From the NCBI GenBank assembly GCA_021813945.1, contig JAKAJD010000002.1, forward strand, positions 173,936-237,935: 64,000 bases of DNA, in the 5' to 3' direction. The notes beneath the pieces are model-generated. The model saw nothing but the letters and a program-made list of their open reading frames with translations, was not told where the DNA came from and did no database searches. Made by a program: the position numbers and the translations under genes. The stretch's first letter is position 1. Each line of letters starts with the position of its first letter. The DNA is from a bacterium (lineage in GTDB: Bacteria > Patescibacteriota > Microgenomatia > Curtissbacterales > GWA2-41-24). Below, in pieces: positions 19,565 to 29,133 of the stretch.

Positions 19565-20596
19565 ATGGAAAACAAAAACAGGATAGTAAAAATCGAAATT
19601 TCTACAAAAACTATTTTTACTGCGATAGGTATTCTTATTGGACTTTGGCTTCTTGTAAAAATAAGAGAAATCATCATCCTCCTTTTTGTTTCTCTAATTT
19701 TGCTTTCTGCGCTTTCCAGGCCTGTCGATTGGTTAGTTGCAAAAAAAATACCACGACTTTTGTCAGTCATTTTAGTTTACATCGTCATCATCCTTTTAAT
19801 TATTGCTGTAATAGGTATTATTGGTCCTCTTTTGGTAGTCCAAACGACAGAATTTATCCACAGACTTCCCGTTATAATTTCCACCATTAATGAGTTTTTA
19901 GCCTTTAATAAAATTCCGACTCAAAATGTAACTCAGATAGTTGAACAACAGTCCCAAAGATTAGCTGGAGATTTAGTTTCGATAACAACAACGATCGTTT
20001 CTAGTTTTGTTTTAGTAGTAACCATTTTTGTTTTAACTTTTTATTTACTTTTAGAATGGAAAAATTTTCTCAAATTTATCGCTTCACCTTTCAACGGGAA
20101 ACAAGAAAAGAAAACCTTAAATGTCATATCACAAGTAGAAAAGGGATTAGGAAGTTGGGTGAGGGGTCAGCTCACACTCTCTCTTGCAGTTGGTGTACTA
20201 AGTTACATAGGACTGCGCATAATCGGAATTCCTTTTGCCTTACCTCTTGCCTTAATATCCGCACTTTTGGAAATAGTACCAATAATTGGCCCAATTATGG
20301 CAGCCATTCCGGCAATTTTAGTCGGACTTACCATTTCACCCCTAAGCGCATTGGCAGCAGCTGCGGTTTTTTTCTTAGTTCAACAGCTTGAAAACCATTT
20401 GATTGTTCCCGTTATTATGTCTCGCGTAGTTGGTCTTCAACCACCAATCGTTATTATCACACTTTTGATTGGAGCGAAGCTCTATGGCATCGGAGGAGCA
20501 TTCTTGGCAGTGCCATTTGCAATATTGCTTAAAATCATTGTTCAGGAAGTATTAATGAATCGAACTGAACTTAATGAGGAATATAGCGATAAATAA
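19565..20596 (+). CDS. AI-2E family transporter (UPF0118/PerM)
   Basis: 343 aa with 7-8 TM helices in the typical AI-2E arrangement. Confidence 0.75.
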   Translation: MENKNRIVKIEISTKTIFTAIGILIGLWLLVKIREIIILLFVSLILLSALSRPVDWLVAKKIPRLLSVILVYIVIILLIIAVIGIIGPLLVVQTTEFIHRLPVIISTINEFLAFNKIPTQNVTQIVEQQSQRLAGDLVSITTTIVSSFVLVVTIFVLTFYLLLEWKNFLKFIASPFNGKQEKKTLNVISQVEKGLGSWVRGQLTLSLAVGVLSYIGLRIIGIPFALPLALISALLEIVPIIGPIMAAIPAILVGLTISPLSALAAAAVFFLVQQLENHLIVPVIMSRVVGLQPPIVIITLLIGAKLYGIGGAFLAVPFAILLKIIVQEVLMNRTELNEEYSDK

Positions 20597-20599
20597 TAT

Positions 20600-20955
20600 G
20601 CTTCTGGGAAGGGAATAAGCCAGATTCTGTATTAACGATCATCTGTCTCAAAATGACGCTTTGCCACTTTGCCCCGCTTTAGGCGGGATGCCCCTATTTA
20701 GAACCTTCCGGAAACTTGGTTTGCGGTTCATTTCTGGGTTGCAGCAGTCAGGATTGCCCGTTTCACACCTACTCGTCTCTGTTGCTCTCCCAAAAGGTTA
20801 ATTCCCTTCAGGTTTTAAAAGCCGCATATAGGTAAAGCTTTTAAAAACTAGCGCTTACACGTCGGAACTTACGTCCCGTGACTTGTTTCCTGCTGTCTGG
20901 ACTTTCCTCTCCTCGCTATTACAGGTGAAGAGCGACCGTTTTCTTCCCAGAAGCG
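20600..20955 (-). ncRNA. rnpB: RNase P RNA, bacterial type A
   Basis: This ~430-nt stretch has no ORF. The minus-strand reading contains GAGGAAAGTCCAGAC (P4/CR-I GGAAAGUCCGGGC), GCAACAGAGA, AAATAGGGG and ACAGAATCTGGCTTAT (CR-V ACAGAACCCGGCUUA). A 12-bp P1 pairs CGCTTCTGGGAAG (5') with CTTCCCAGAAGC (3'). Confidence 0.85.
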
Positions 20956-21032
20956 AAGCAAATTTTACCAAAAATCAGCATATTTCTCAAGTTAAATTGA
21001 CTATTTGTCAAAAAAGTGCCGATAATATATAA

Positions 21033-21224
21033 ATGGCGAAAAAGGCTAAGACTTTGCTTAAGAAAAATGTACTTTCTAGATCACTTATTGGTCTAACGCT
21101 TGTAATTGCACTAGTTGCAGGCTTTGAAGCTGTAACACAAAATGATTTTACAACCCTAGCCCCGACCCAACTATTTGTCGTTGCGGCTGTTTTCGGAATA
21201 CTCGGCCTCTACACAAAAGAGTAG
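21033..21224 (+). CDS. Small hypothetical membrane protein (63 aa)
   Basis: Single TM-like segment. Weak support. Confidence 0.25.
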   Translation: MAKKAKTLLKKNVLSRSLIGLTLVIALVAGFEAVTQNDFTTLAPTQLFVVAAVFGILGLYTKE

Positions 21225-21280
21225 GACTTGGAATGTCCATCTCTCTAAGGTAAACTTACACTACAAATCTGCTCAAACGT

Positions 21281-21973
21281 ATGCCAAAAAAAATACCTAT
21301 TGTAGTTTTAATTGGCGGAGGTTCAAAATTACCGGCCCTTATTCAAGCAGCAAAAGAAAAGACGAGTAAATTTGAAATAAAACTCGTCGTAAGCCACAAA
21401 GCTTTTTCTCCGGGAATAGAGATTGCCTTAAAAAATAAAATTCCAGCAGTATATTTTAATTTACCAAACTTTAGAAAAAGACTTTTTGCAGGCGACCAAA
21501 AAGGAAAAATTGATTATCAAAAAAACTTAGGCTGGTTCATAAGTCAGGATCAATATGCACCTGAACTTTTGGTTTTTGCTGGTTGGGATTTGATATTGGA
21601 CAGAAACTTCTTCGATTTCTTCAAGTGCAGCTTTGGAAACGGTTTTGCAGCCATAAATCTTCATCCAGCAATTTTACCCAAAAAACAAGAAGGTCAAAAT
21701 ATAAAAATGCCTGATGGTGAAATGACACCAATCATTAAGGGAGAGCAATCAGAGGTTTTACAAGAAGTATTAAAACAAAAACTTTCCTATTTTGGCCCTA
21801 CCGTACATTTTATGGATGCTGAAGGATACGACACTGGTGAAATAGTTGAAAGGGAATTTATAAAAGTTGGAGATGCTAAAACTATTGAAGATCTAAGAAA
21901 AAAGCTTATGCCCGTCGAAGACAGAATTCTCATCTCATCAATAAATAAAGTCATAGATAAATACCTCTTATGA
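21281..21973 (+). CDS. purN: Phosphoribosylglycinamide formyltransferase (with an internal insertion)
   Basis: Formyltransferase motif AINLHPAILP (cf. NIHPSLLP). N-terminal IVVLIGGGSKL. First gene of the pur cluster. Confidence 0.75.
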   Translation: MPKKIPIVVLIGGGSKLPALIQAAKEKTSKFEIKLVVSHKAFSPGIEIALKNKIPAVYFNLPNFRKRLFAGDQKGKIDYQKNLGWFISQDQYAPELLVFAGWDLILDRNFFDFFKCSFGNGFAAINLHPAILPKKQEGQNIKMPDGEMTPIIKGEQSEVLQEVLKQKLSYFGPTVHFMDAEGYDTGEIVEREFIKVGDAKTIEDLRKKLMPVEDRILISSINKVIDKYLL

Positions 21974-23271
21974 TAAAAAAAACCGTTTTGGTAGTAGATG
22001 GCGGCGGCAGGGGATCTGCACTTGTTAAAAAATATTTGCAAAGCAAATCGGTAGGGCAAGTTTTAGCAACCCCGGGTAATGATTTAATGCTTCTTGATAA
22101 AAAAGTCAAAGTTTTTCCAAATGTTAAAACTACGGATGCCCAGAAAATTCTCAAAATCTGCATAGCCGAGAAAGTTAATCTAGTTGATGTAGCACAAGAC
22201 AATGCAGTTGAGGCAGGTGTCACAAATCTCCTTTTAAAAAATCACGTCTATGTTTTTGGCCCGACAAAAGAAGCAGGACAAATCGAATGGGATAAGTCAT
22301 GGTCTAAAAATTTCATGAAAAAATACAAAATTCCGACTGCAAAATTTAATGTTTTCAATTCCGAAAAGGCTGGTATTGACTTCATCAAAAACCAAAAAAA
22401 CTCGAAATGGTATGTAAAAGCATCAGGCCTAGCAGCAGGTAAGGGTGCTATCTTTGCTTCGAATAATAAAGAAGCGGTCAGTGCTATCAAAGAAATAAAA
22501 AATTTCGGTAAGGCAGGGGATACTTACGTTATTGAGCAGTGTTTAGAGGGTGAGGAATTTTCATCATTTGCTGCAGTTTCTGGTCAAAATTTTCTGATTT
22601 TGGGCCACGCCCAAGACCATAAAACGGTTTTCGATAATAATCAGGGACCAAATACCGGAGGGATGGGTTGTTCGTCTCCACCATTGGTAATAACTTCAAA
22701 AATCGAGAAACAAATTACGGATATATTTAAAAAAACAGTTAACGGACTAGTCAAAGAAAAACGGCCATACTTTGGGATTTTATATTTAGGCGGCATTATA
22801 GAAAAAAATGGAAAACTAAAAGTCATTGAATTTAACGCAAGATGGGGTGATCCGGAGGCGCAAGTTATAGTACCTTCATTAAAAAACGATTTTTATGATT
22901 TGGCAAAAAAAGTAATAGAAGGCAATATAAAAAAGATAAAAATCGAAAGGGAAAAGGGTTACAAAGTAGCGGTAGCTGCCGCCTCTAAAGGGTATCCTAA
23001 TGACTACCAAAACGTTATTGGCAAAAAGATTGTGGGTCTTGAAAAAATTCTCAAATTAAAAAACGTTGAAATTTTCGGAGCCGGCGTCAAAAAATTAGGG
23101 AAAAATTTTCTTGCGTCTGGCGGTCGGCTTTTTTATGTTATGGCAACCGGGAAGAATGTTGCAGAAGCTAGAAAAAAAGCCTATAATGCCCTCTCTTTAG
23201 TTTCTATTGCCGGTGGAAATTTGCATTATCGCCGTGATATAGGCTACAGAGATCTTAAAAGAATCGAATGA
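21970..23271 (+). CDS. purD: Phosphoribosylamine-glycine ligase
   Basis: 433-aa ATP-grasp protein with the PurD N/A/C domain order (LVVDGGGRGSAL…). Confidence 0.9.
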   Translation: MIKKTVLVVDGGGRGSALVKKYLQSKSVGQVLATPGNDLMLLDKKVKVFPNVKTTDAQKILKICIAEKVNLVDVAQDNAVEAGVTNLLLKNHVYVFGPTKEAGQIEWDKSWSKNFMKKYKIPTAKFNVFNSEKAGIDFIKNQKNSKWYVKASGLAAGKGAIFASNNKEAVSAIKEIKNFGKAGDTYVIEQCLEGEEFSSFAAVSGQNFLILGHAQDHKTVFDNNQGPNTGGMGCSSPPLVITSKIEKQITDIFKKTVNGLVKEKRPYFGILYLGGIIEKNGKLKVIEFNARWGDPEAQVIVPSLKNDFYDLAKKVIEGNIKKIKIEREKGYKVAVAAASKGYPNDYQNVIGKKIVGLEKILKLKNVEIFGAGVKKLGKNFLASGGRLFYVMATGKNVAEARKKAYNALSLVSIAGGNLHYRRDIGYRDLKRIE

Positions 23272-26096
23272 TTTTTGAAGTTAGGGTTAAATCAAAAGCA
23301 GAAACAGACGCAAAAGGTGAAGCACTTCTTGCGGAAATTAAAAAGACATTAAATATTCACTCAATCGGAAAAATCCAGAGCGCCAAAGTTTATCGCCTCG
23401 AAAATATAAAAAAAGAAGATTTAATAAAATTCTCTAAAATTGCTCTTTACGAAGAAATAGACCAAATAGCAACATACAATAAACCGATTTTTCCAAAAAC
23501 TGCAAAAGTATTGGAAGTTGCCTATAAACCCGGTGTTATGAATCCGGAAGTAGCTTCTATTTTAAAAGTCTCAAACGATTTAAAGATTAAGATAGAAGCC
23601 TGTGATTCTTCTTGGGAATATGCTTTTTTCGGCCCTGTCTCAAAATCTCAAATTGAAAAAATAACTAAAAGGTTGTTGGTCAACGACACAGTTGAAACTT
23701 TAGTCAAGCAGGTTCCCAAAACTTTAAAAATTTCAGGCACTGCTCAAAAAGTTCAAATAATTCCAATCCGTTCATTCAATAATCAGCAACTGATGGATTT
23801 ATCTCGGGACAAATTATTTTTAAATCTTGAAGAGATGAAAGTCATCCAAAGCTATTTTGCGAAAATAAAAAGAGACCCAACTGATTGTGAACTGGAAACT
23901 CTTGCACTTACCTGGTCCGAGCATTGCGGTCACAAAACATTCCGAGCAAAATTAACTATCGACGGCAAACAAAAGGAATCGTTTATTTCTCGCATTAAAA
24001 AAACGGCCAAAAATAATCAAAAATTAATTGTTAGCGCTTTCGATGACAATTCTGGTGTTATAGATTTCTATGATGGCTGGGCGATATCTGGAAAAGTCGA
24101 AACACATAATTCTCCATCTGCAATCGAACCATACGGAGGTGCGATGACAGGTTCCGGCGGCGTATTTCGCGATATTTTGGGAACAGGCCAGGGTGCAAAA
24201 CCGGTTGTCTCAACTGACGTTTTCTGTTTCGCTCCGCCTGATTTGGCCGCCAAAGATCTTCCCCCAGGCTGTCTGCCACCGGAATATTTACTTCGAAAGG
24301 TTGTTTATGGCGTCAGGGATTACGGCAATAGGGTCGGGATTCCAACCAACAACGGATCAATACACTTTCATCAAGACTTTCGTGCCAAACCGACAGTTGC
24401 TGTCGGATCTTTCGGCTTAATAGAAAAATCAAAAGCAAAAAAGGGCAAACCAAAATTGGGCAATTTAATTTTAACTTTAGGTGGTGCAACAGGCCGCGAC
24501 GGAATCCATGGCGCAACATTCGCATCCGGAGAAATGACAGATAGAACAATTAACGTTTCAGGATCTGCAGTCCAAATCGGAAATGCAATTGAAGAAAAGA
24601 GGCTTATCGATGCGATTTTAAGGCTTAAAGAAGAAAATCTTATCTGCGCGATAACGGATTGCGGGGCGGGCGGATATGCATCGGCAATCGGCGAAATGGC
24701 CAAAGAAACTGGAGCTGAAGTTTATCTAGATAAGGTCCCTCTTAAATACACAAATCTTGCCCCATGGGAAATTTTCCTTTCCGAATCGCAGGAACGAATG
24801 GTACTTGCAATTAATCCAAAAGATCTTAAAAAAGTTCAAAAGATTTGTGAAACGTACAATGTTCCAAATAATGTAATCGGGAAGTTTACCTCTAACAAAA
24901 AACTGATTATTTATTATCAAAAACAAATAGTATGCAACTTATCTATGGATTTCCTTCACGACGGCCTTCCTCAACGGAAAATGATTGGTAAAACAAAGTC
25001 AAAATACCAGAATAATAAAATTAGGAAAAATTCAAAACCAATTAATATCGAAAAAATTTGGCAAAAAGTTATGGCTCATGGAAATGTGTGTTCAAAGGAA
25101 CCAATAGTTAGAATGTATGACCATAATGTCCAAGGAACCGCGGCGCTCCATCCTTTTTCCGGCCAAAATTTTGACGGCCCAAACGACGGCGCAGTGATCC
25201 GTCCAATTCTGGCTAAACCTTATGGTCTCATCATCACCCACGGTTTGAATCCGCAGCTCAATTCCATAGACCCTTATTTGGGAAGCGTTTGGGCAATTAT
25301 GGAAGCGGTTGCTAACTTTGTCTCAATCGGAGGAAACCTGAAAGACGCGGCCTTAGTGGATAATTTTATTTGGCCTTTTCCTGACGAGGAATCATTAGCA
25401 GATCTGGATAAATCTGTCGATGCCTGCCTGGATATGGCGAATCTTTTGAAGATGCCATTTGTTTCGGGAAAAGATTCCCTTTCCTCAACTTACAGATACC
25501 CCACGGGCAAAGTATTAAAAATCCCTCCCGTCCTTTTGATTTCTGTTTTTGGAAAAATTCCCGACGTTTCGAAAACAGGAAGTTCCGATTTTAAAAAAGT
25601 CGGATCAACCATAGTTTTAGTTGGTAAAGGAGATTTCGGAAATCTTGGCGGCTCAGCATATTTTGATGCCATAAAATCAGAAAGCAGCAATATTCCAAAA
25701 CCGGATCTCTCATCAGCCACCAAAGTTTTCTCATCAATAACTTCGGGAATCAAATCATCAAAAATTCTTTCATGTCATGACATTTCCGAAGGTGGTTTAG
25801 CAACAGCACTTGCGGAGATGTGCTTCGGCGGAAATTGCGGTGCTGAAATATCAATCAAAGGTTTCAAATATCCAGATCATCAAATATTATTTTCCGAAAC
25901 ACCCGGCACATTTCTAGTCGAAGTGGAAAATGAAAAAGCAGCCAAAAAACTTTTTGCAAAAGTACCTAATACAATTTTAGGCAAAACCATTAAGTCAGAC
26001 ACAATCATAGTTAAAGGCTCAAAAACAATAAAGGTTAGTGCCAGCTCATTAAAAAACTCCTGGCAAAAACCGATGAAAGAGGTGTTTAATGGTTAA
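23268..26096 (+). CDS. purL: Phosphoribosylformylglycinamidine synthase, PurS-PurL fusion
   Basis: 942 aa. The N-terminal ~80 aa (MIFEVRVKSKAETDAKGEALLAEIK…) are a PurS-like ferredoxin fold. The rest is small-type PurL with duplicated AIRS domains (…SHNSPSAIEPYGGAMTGSGGVFRD…). Confidence 0.9.
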   Translation: MIFEVRVKSKAETDAKGEALLAEIKKTLNIHSIGKIQSAKVYRLENIKKEDLIKFSKIALYEEIDQIATYNKPIFPKTAKVLEVAYKPGVMNPEVASILKVSNDLKIKIEACDSSWEYAFFGPVSKSQIEKITKRLLVNDTVETLVKQVPKTLKISGTAQKVQIIPIRSFNNQQLMDLSRDKLFLNLEEMKVIQSYFAKIKRDPTDCELETLALTWSEHCGHKTFRAKLTIDGKQKESFISRIKKTAKNNQKLIVSAFDDNSGVIDFYDGWAISGKVETHNSPSAIEPYGGAMTGSGGVFRDILGTGQGAKPVVSTDVFCFAPPDLAAKDLPPGCLPPEYLLRKVVYGVRDYGNRVGIPTNNGSIHFHQDFRAKPTVAVGSFGLIEKSKAKKGKPKLGNLILTLGGATGRDGIHGATFASGEMTDRTINVSGSAVQIGNAIEEKRLIDAILRLKEENLICAITDCGAGGYASAIGEMAKETGAEVYLDKVPLKYTNLAPWEIFLSESQERMVLAINPKDLKKVQKICETYNVPNNVIGKFTSNKKLIIYYQKQIVCNLSMDFLHDGLPQRKMIGKTKSKYQNNKIRKNSKPINIEKIWQKVMAHGNVCSKEPIVRMYDHNVQGTAALHPFSGQNFDGPNDGAVIRPILAKPYGLIITHGLNPQLNSIDPYLGSVWAIMEAVANFVSIGGNLKDAALVDNFIWPFPDEESLADLDKSVDACLDMANLLKMPFVSGKDSLSSTYRYPTGKVLKIPPVLLISVFGKIPDVSKTGSSDFKKVGSTIVLVGKGDFGNLGGSAYFDAIKSESSNIPKPDLSSATKVFSSITSGIKSSKILSCHDISEGGLATALAEMCFGGNCGAEISIKGFKYPDHQILFSETPGTFLVEVENEKAAKKLFAKVPNTILGKTIKSDTIIVKGSKTIKVSASSLKNSWQKPMKEVFNG

Positions 26097-26862
26097 ACCA
26101 AATGTTTGCATCCTAAGATCCGACGGCGCAAATTGCGACGAAGAACTATATTATGCTTTTGAAAAATTTGGTGCCAAACCCCAACTTGTTCACGTAAACG
26201 AACTTCGCAATAAGTCTAAAAAACTCAAGAATTTCCAAATACTGGCTCTTCCCGGCGGTTTCTCATATGGTGATGATATTGCCAGCGGCAAGGTGTTGGC
26301 AATCGAACTTGTAAGTTTCTTGGGAGAAGAAATCCGAAATTTTGTCGCAAAAAAAGGTTTAGTTTTAGGAATTTGTAACGGTTTTCAAACTTTGGTCAGG
26401 ACGGGTCTTTTGCCATTTAACAATTTTGGCAAAATGGACGTGACTTTAGCCCAAAACGACAGCGGCCATTTTGAATGTCGATGGGTAAAAATTAAAAACG
26501 AAAAAAGCAAATGCGCATTTTTAAATCATAAGGATCCAATCGATATTGCGGTAAATCACGGTGAAGGAAAATTCTATGCTGACCAGAAAACAATCAAAAA
26601 AATCGAAGACGAAAACTTGGTCGTTTTCCGATACATCAACAGTCAAGGCAAACCCACACAAAAATACCCGGAAAATCCTAACGGATCAATTAACGCTATT
26701 GCAGGCGTGTGTGATCCGACTGGTAGAATTCTTGGCATGATGCCACATCCGGAAAAATTTATAAACATCACTCAACACCCAAACTGGCGCCGCCAAAAAT
26801 TCACAAAACCCCACGGGGCATTTATTTTCGAAGATCTGATTTCGTATGCAAAGAAAAATTAA
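26089..26862 (+). CDS. purQ: Phosphoribosylformylglycinamidine synthase glutaminase subunit
   Basis: Class-I GATase with …LALPGGFSYGDD…GICNGFQ…MPHPE…. Confidence 0.9.
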   Translation: MVKPNVCILRSDGANCDEELYYAFEKFGAKPQLVHVNELRNKSKKLKNFQILALPGGFSYGDDIASGKVLAIELVSFLGEEIRNFVAKKGLVLGICNGFQTLVRTGLLPFNNFGKMDVTLAQNDSGHFECRWVKIKNEKSKCAFLNHKDPIDIAVNHGEGKFYADQKTIKKIEDENLVVFRYINSQGKPTQKYPENPNGSINAIAGVCDPTGRILGMMPHPEKFINITQHPNWRRQKFTKPHGAFIFEDLISYAKKN

Positions 26863-27739
26863 TAAACTGAAATCGCTAAAATCTACGCGCTTAATCACGA
26901 TGGAAGCGCTCTATCAGGCGTTGAAAAAAGTTTTAGTAGAAAATAAACCTGTGTCAGAAATAGATTTAAAGAAAGAATGGCTAAAGGAACTTCAAAAAAG
27001 TAGGGAAATATTTAAGAATGGTTGGTATGTTCCTCCACCCAATGGAATTGCAATCATATTTGCTCAAGACAATAAACCCAAAAGAACACAATTTCGCAGC
27101 CTTCGTTTTAAAGAAAATTTTCCTCAAAACAACATATTTCTGGACAAAAACAGAGGCATTATGATTCTCTATGCTTCTCCGGTTAGCAAAAAGACAGGAA
27201 TTATCGGAGATTTTGGACTTACATTATATTTTGGGAGTGCGCCTGAAGTGACAAAGCACATTAAAAATATCTTGAGTATACAAAAAAAAGTTTTTAACTA
27301 TGCAAAGCTAGGTATGTCTTTTTCTACGCTCTACAAATATGCAGACGGGCTTTTTAAGAAAAATAGTTTATCAAACGATTGGTGGCTTAATGTAACTGAT
27401 CCATCCGGTAGAAATATGGGACACACATCTCCTTCAACAGAAAAAGACTGGAGCGACAAAGAATATAAACTTCTAAATAATGCTAATAAAAATTGGAAAA
27501 ATACAGCTACTATGATCAGCAAAAGAAGGATATTTTTTAGCCCAAAAGAAAAATCAGTAATAAAAAAAGGACTTGCATTTTCCATCGAAAGCAGATTAAA
27601 AAAAGTTGGTGATCCGAATTTTCCAGTAGTATGGTTTCACTCTGTGGCAATTTTCCAAAAAAGCGGTAAAAAAGAATTCTTGACAAACTTTGATAAATTA
27701 TTCAAACTGGCTGGGATGAATTACGCGCTTAATTATTAA
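26846..27739 (+). CDS. Hypothetical protein inside the pur operon (possibly a degenerate M24/pita-bread-like protein)
   Basis: 297-aa ORF translationally coupled between purQ and purM. No confident family. There is weak resemblance to the creatinase/prolidase fold (…SGRNMGHTSP…). Confidence 0.4.
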   Translation: MQRKINKLKSLKSTRLITMEALYQALKKVLVENKPVSEIDLKKEWLKELQKSREIFKNGWYVPPPNGIAIIFAQDNKPKRTQFRSLRFKENFPQNNIFLDKNRGIMILYASPVSKKTGIIGDFGLTLYFGSAPEVTKHIKNILSIQKKVFNYAKLGMSFSTLYKYADGLFKKNSLSNDWWLNVTDPSGRNMGHTSPSTEKDWSDKEYKLLNNANKNWKNTATMISKRRIFFSPKEKSVIKKGLAFSIESRLKKVGDPNFPVVWFHSVAIFQKSGKKEFLTNFDKLFKLAGMNYALNY

Positions 27740-27742
27740 AAT

Positions 27743-28837
27743 ATGAAAAAAATTTCTTACAGCAAAGTTGGAGACAACTACGACACAAAAGATCCAATTA
27801 AAAAATTGGCGCAAGTTGCAGCGCGTCAAACGAAAATTAGCGAAGCAGATTTTAAAGAAATAACCGACACTAGAGGAGAATCGGCTTTTGTCTGGCAGCA
27901 AGGAGCGGCTTTAATGGCGTCTGTAGTTGAGGGTTTGGGAACAAAAAATCTCGTTGCAGATGAAATGAGAAAAATAACTGGCAAAACTTATTACGACGTA
28001 ATCGGTTACGATACCGTTGCGACAATTATTAACGACCTGATAACGGTTGGCGCAAAGCCAAGAGTGGTTCACGCATATTGGGCTATTGAAGACAACGGTT
28101 GGCTTCAAGACACTGAAAGGATGACAGATTTTATAAAAGGATGGAAAGATGCCTGTCAGGTTTCGATGGCCGTATGGGGCGGAGGAGAAACGCCAACATT
28201 AAAAGGAATAGTTGAAAAAAACACTGTTGATTTAGGCGGCTCCGCAATCGGCGTTATAAAAAATCCAAAAAATTTAATTACAGATAGAAAACTAAAATCA
28301 GGGGATAGAATTCTACTTTTTAAATCAAACGGTATTAATTGCAATGGTTTGTCGCTTGCTCGGGCAGTTGCCAAAAAACTAAAAAACGGTTACGGTGAAA
28401 AATTATCAAACGGCCAAACGTATGGAGAATCAATTCTCACAAAAACAAATATTTATGCAAAGCTAATACAAGATTTACTCTCAGCCGGTATAGATATTCA
28501 TTACATATCCAATATCACAGGTCACGGACTTAGAAAAATCATGCGGGCTCGCGGTAACTTTACTTATGTAATTGAAAAACTTTTTAACCCTCAGGAAATA
28601 TTTTTATTCATCCAAAAGCACGCAAATTTAACGGATGATGAAATATACCAAACCTTAAATATGGGCCAAGACTATGCAATCTTCATCGACAAAAAAGACG
28701 TCAAAAAAACGCAAGACATAGTCAAAAAAAACAAATTTGAATCAATTGATGCTGGGTATATCGAGTCAGGACCACGTCAAGTAATCATCAAACCCAAAAA
28801 AATTAAATTTTCATCAGAATCACTAGATTTAAGATGA
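27743..28837 (+). CDS. purM: Phosphoribosylformylglycinamidine cyclo-ligase (AIR synthase, PurM family) with an N-terminal extension
   Basis: Motifs EGLGTKNLV, NDLITVGAKP and WGGGETPTLKGIV match PurM GxGTK / DLxxxGAEP / GGETAEMPG. Confidence 0.7.
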   Translation: MKKISYSKVGDNYDTKDPIKKLAQVAARQTKISEADFKEITDTRGESAFVWQQGAALMASVVEGLGTKNLVADEMRKITGKTYYDVIGYDTVATIINDLITVGAKPRVVHAYWAIEDNGWLQDTERMTDFIKGWKDACQVSMAVWGGGETPTLKGIVEKNTVDLGGSAIGVIKNPKNLITDRKLKSGDRILLFKSNGINCNGLSLARAVAKKLKNGYGEKLSNGQTYGESILTKTNIYAKLIQDLLSAGIDIHYISNITGHGLRKIMRARGNFTYVIEKLFNPQEIFLFIQKHANLTDDEIYQTLNMGQDYAIFIDKKDVKKTQDIVKKNKFESIDAGYIESGPRQVIIKPKKIKFSSESLDLR

Positions 28838-29091
28838 GTGAGACATTAATAGAAGAAATAGAGACAATAAAAGAACGTAATAAGAGGGTGGAAAAAGACA
28901 AAGCCTGGGAAACAAGTTGGACGAGAAAAACTGCGATTGCAGTAACAACCTACATTTTAATTACAATTTTTCTAATAATCATCAAGGTCGAAAAACCATT
29001 TCTTTCCGCAATAATACCGGCTATTGCCTATCTCGTTTCAACGGCTTCACTAGGAATCCTCAAAGACTGGTGGCTTAAAAACCAAAAATAA
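28834..29091 (+). CDS. Small hypothetical membrane protein (85 aa, 2 TM)
   Basis: ORF overlapping the purM stop by 4 nt. Hydrophobic core. Confidence 0.3.
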   Translation: MSETLIEEIETIKERNKRVEKDKAWETSWTRKTAIAVTTYILITIFLIIIKVEKPFLSAIIPAIAYLVSTASLGILKDWWLKNQK

Positions 29092-29133
29092 AATTCATTT
29101 GACTTTCGTATTTACTTCGGGTATACCTAGCCC

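Noticed and set aside
20600-20980. Considered tmRNA or a riboswitch for the 20.6-21.0 kb gap
   Set aside because: End-to-end P1 pairing plus GGAAAGTCC and ACAGAAnCnGGCTTA blocks identify it as RNase P RNA instead.
24058-24703. Cluster of minus-strand ORFs (73-110 aa) inside purL
   Set aside because: They are antisense to a long, motif-rich PurL frame. This is GC-skewed codon usage in purL producing open antisense frames.
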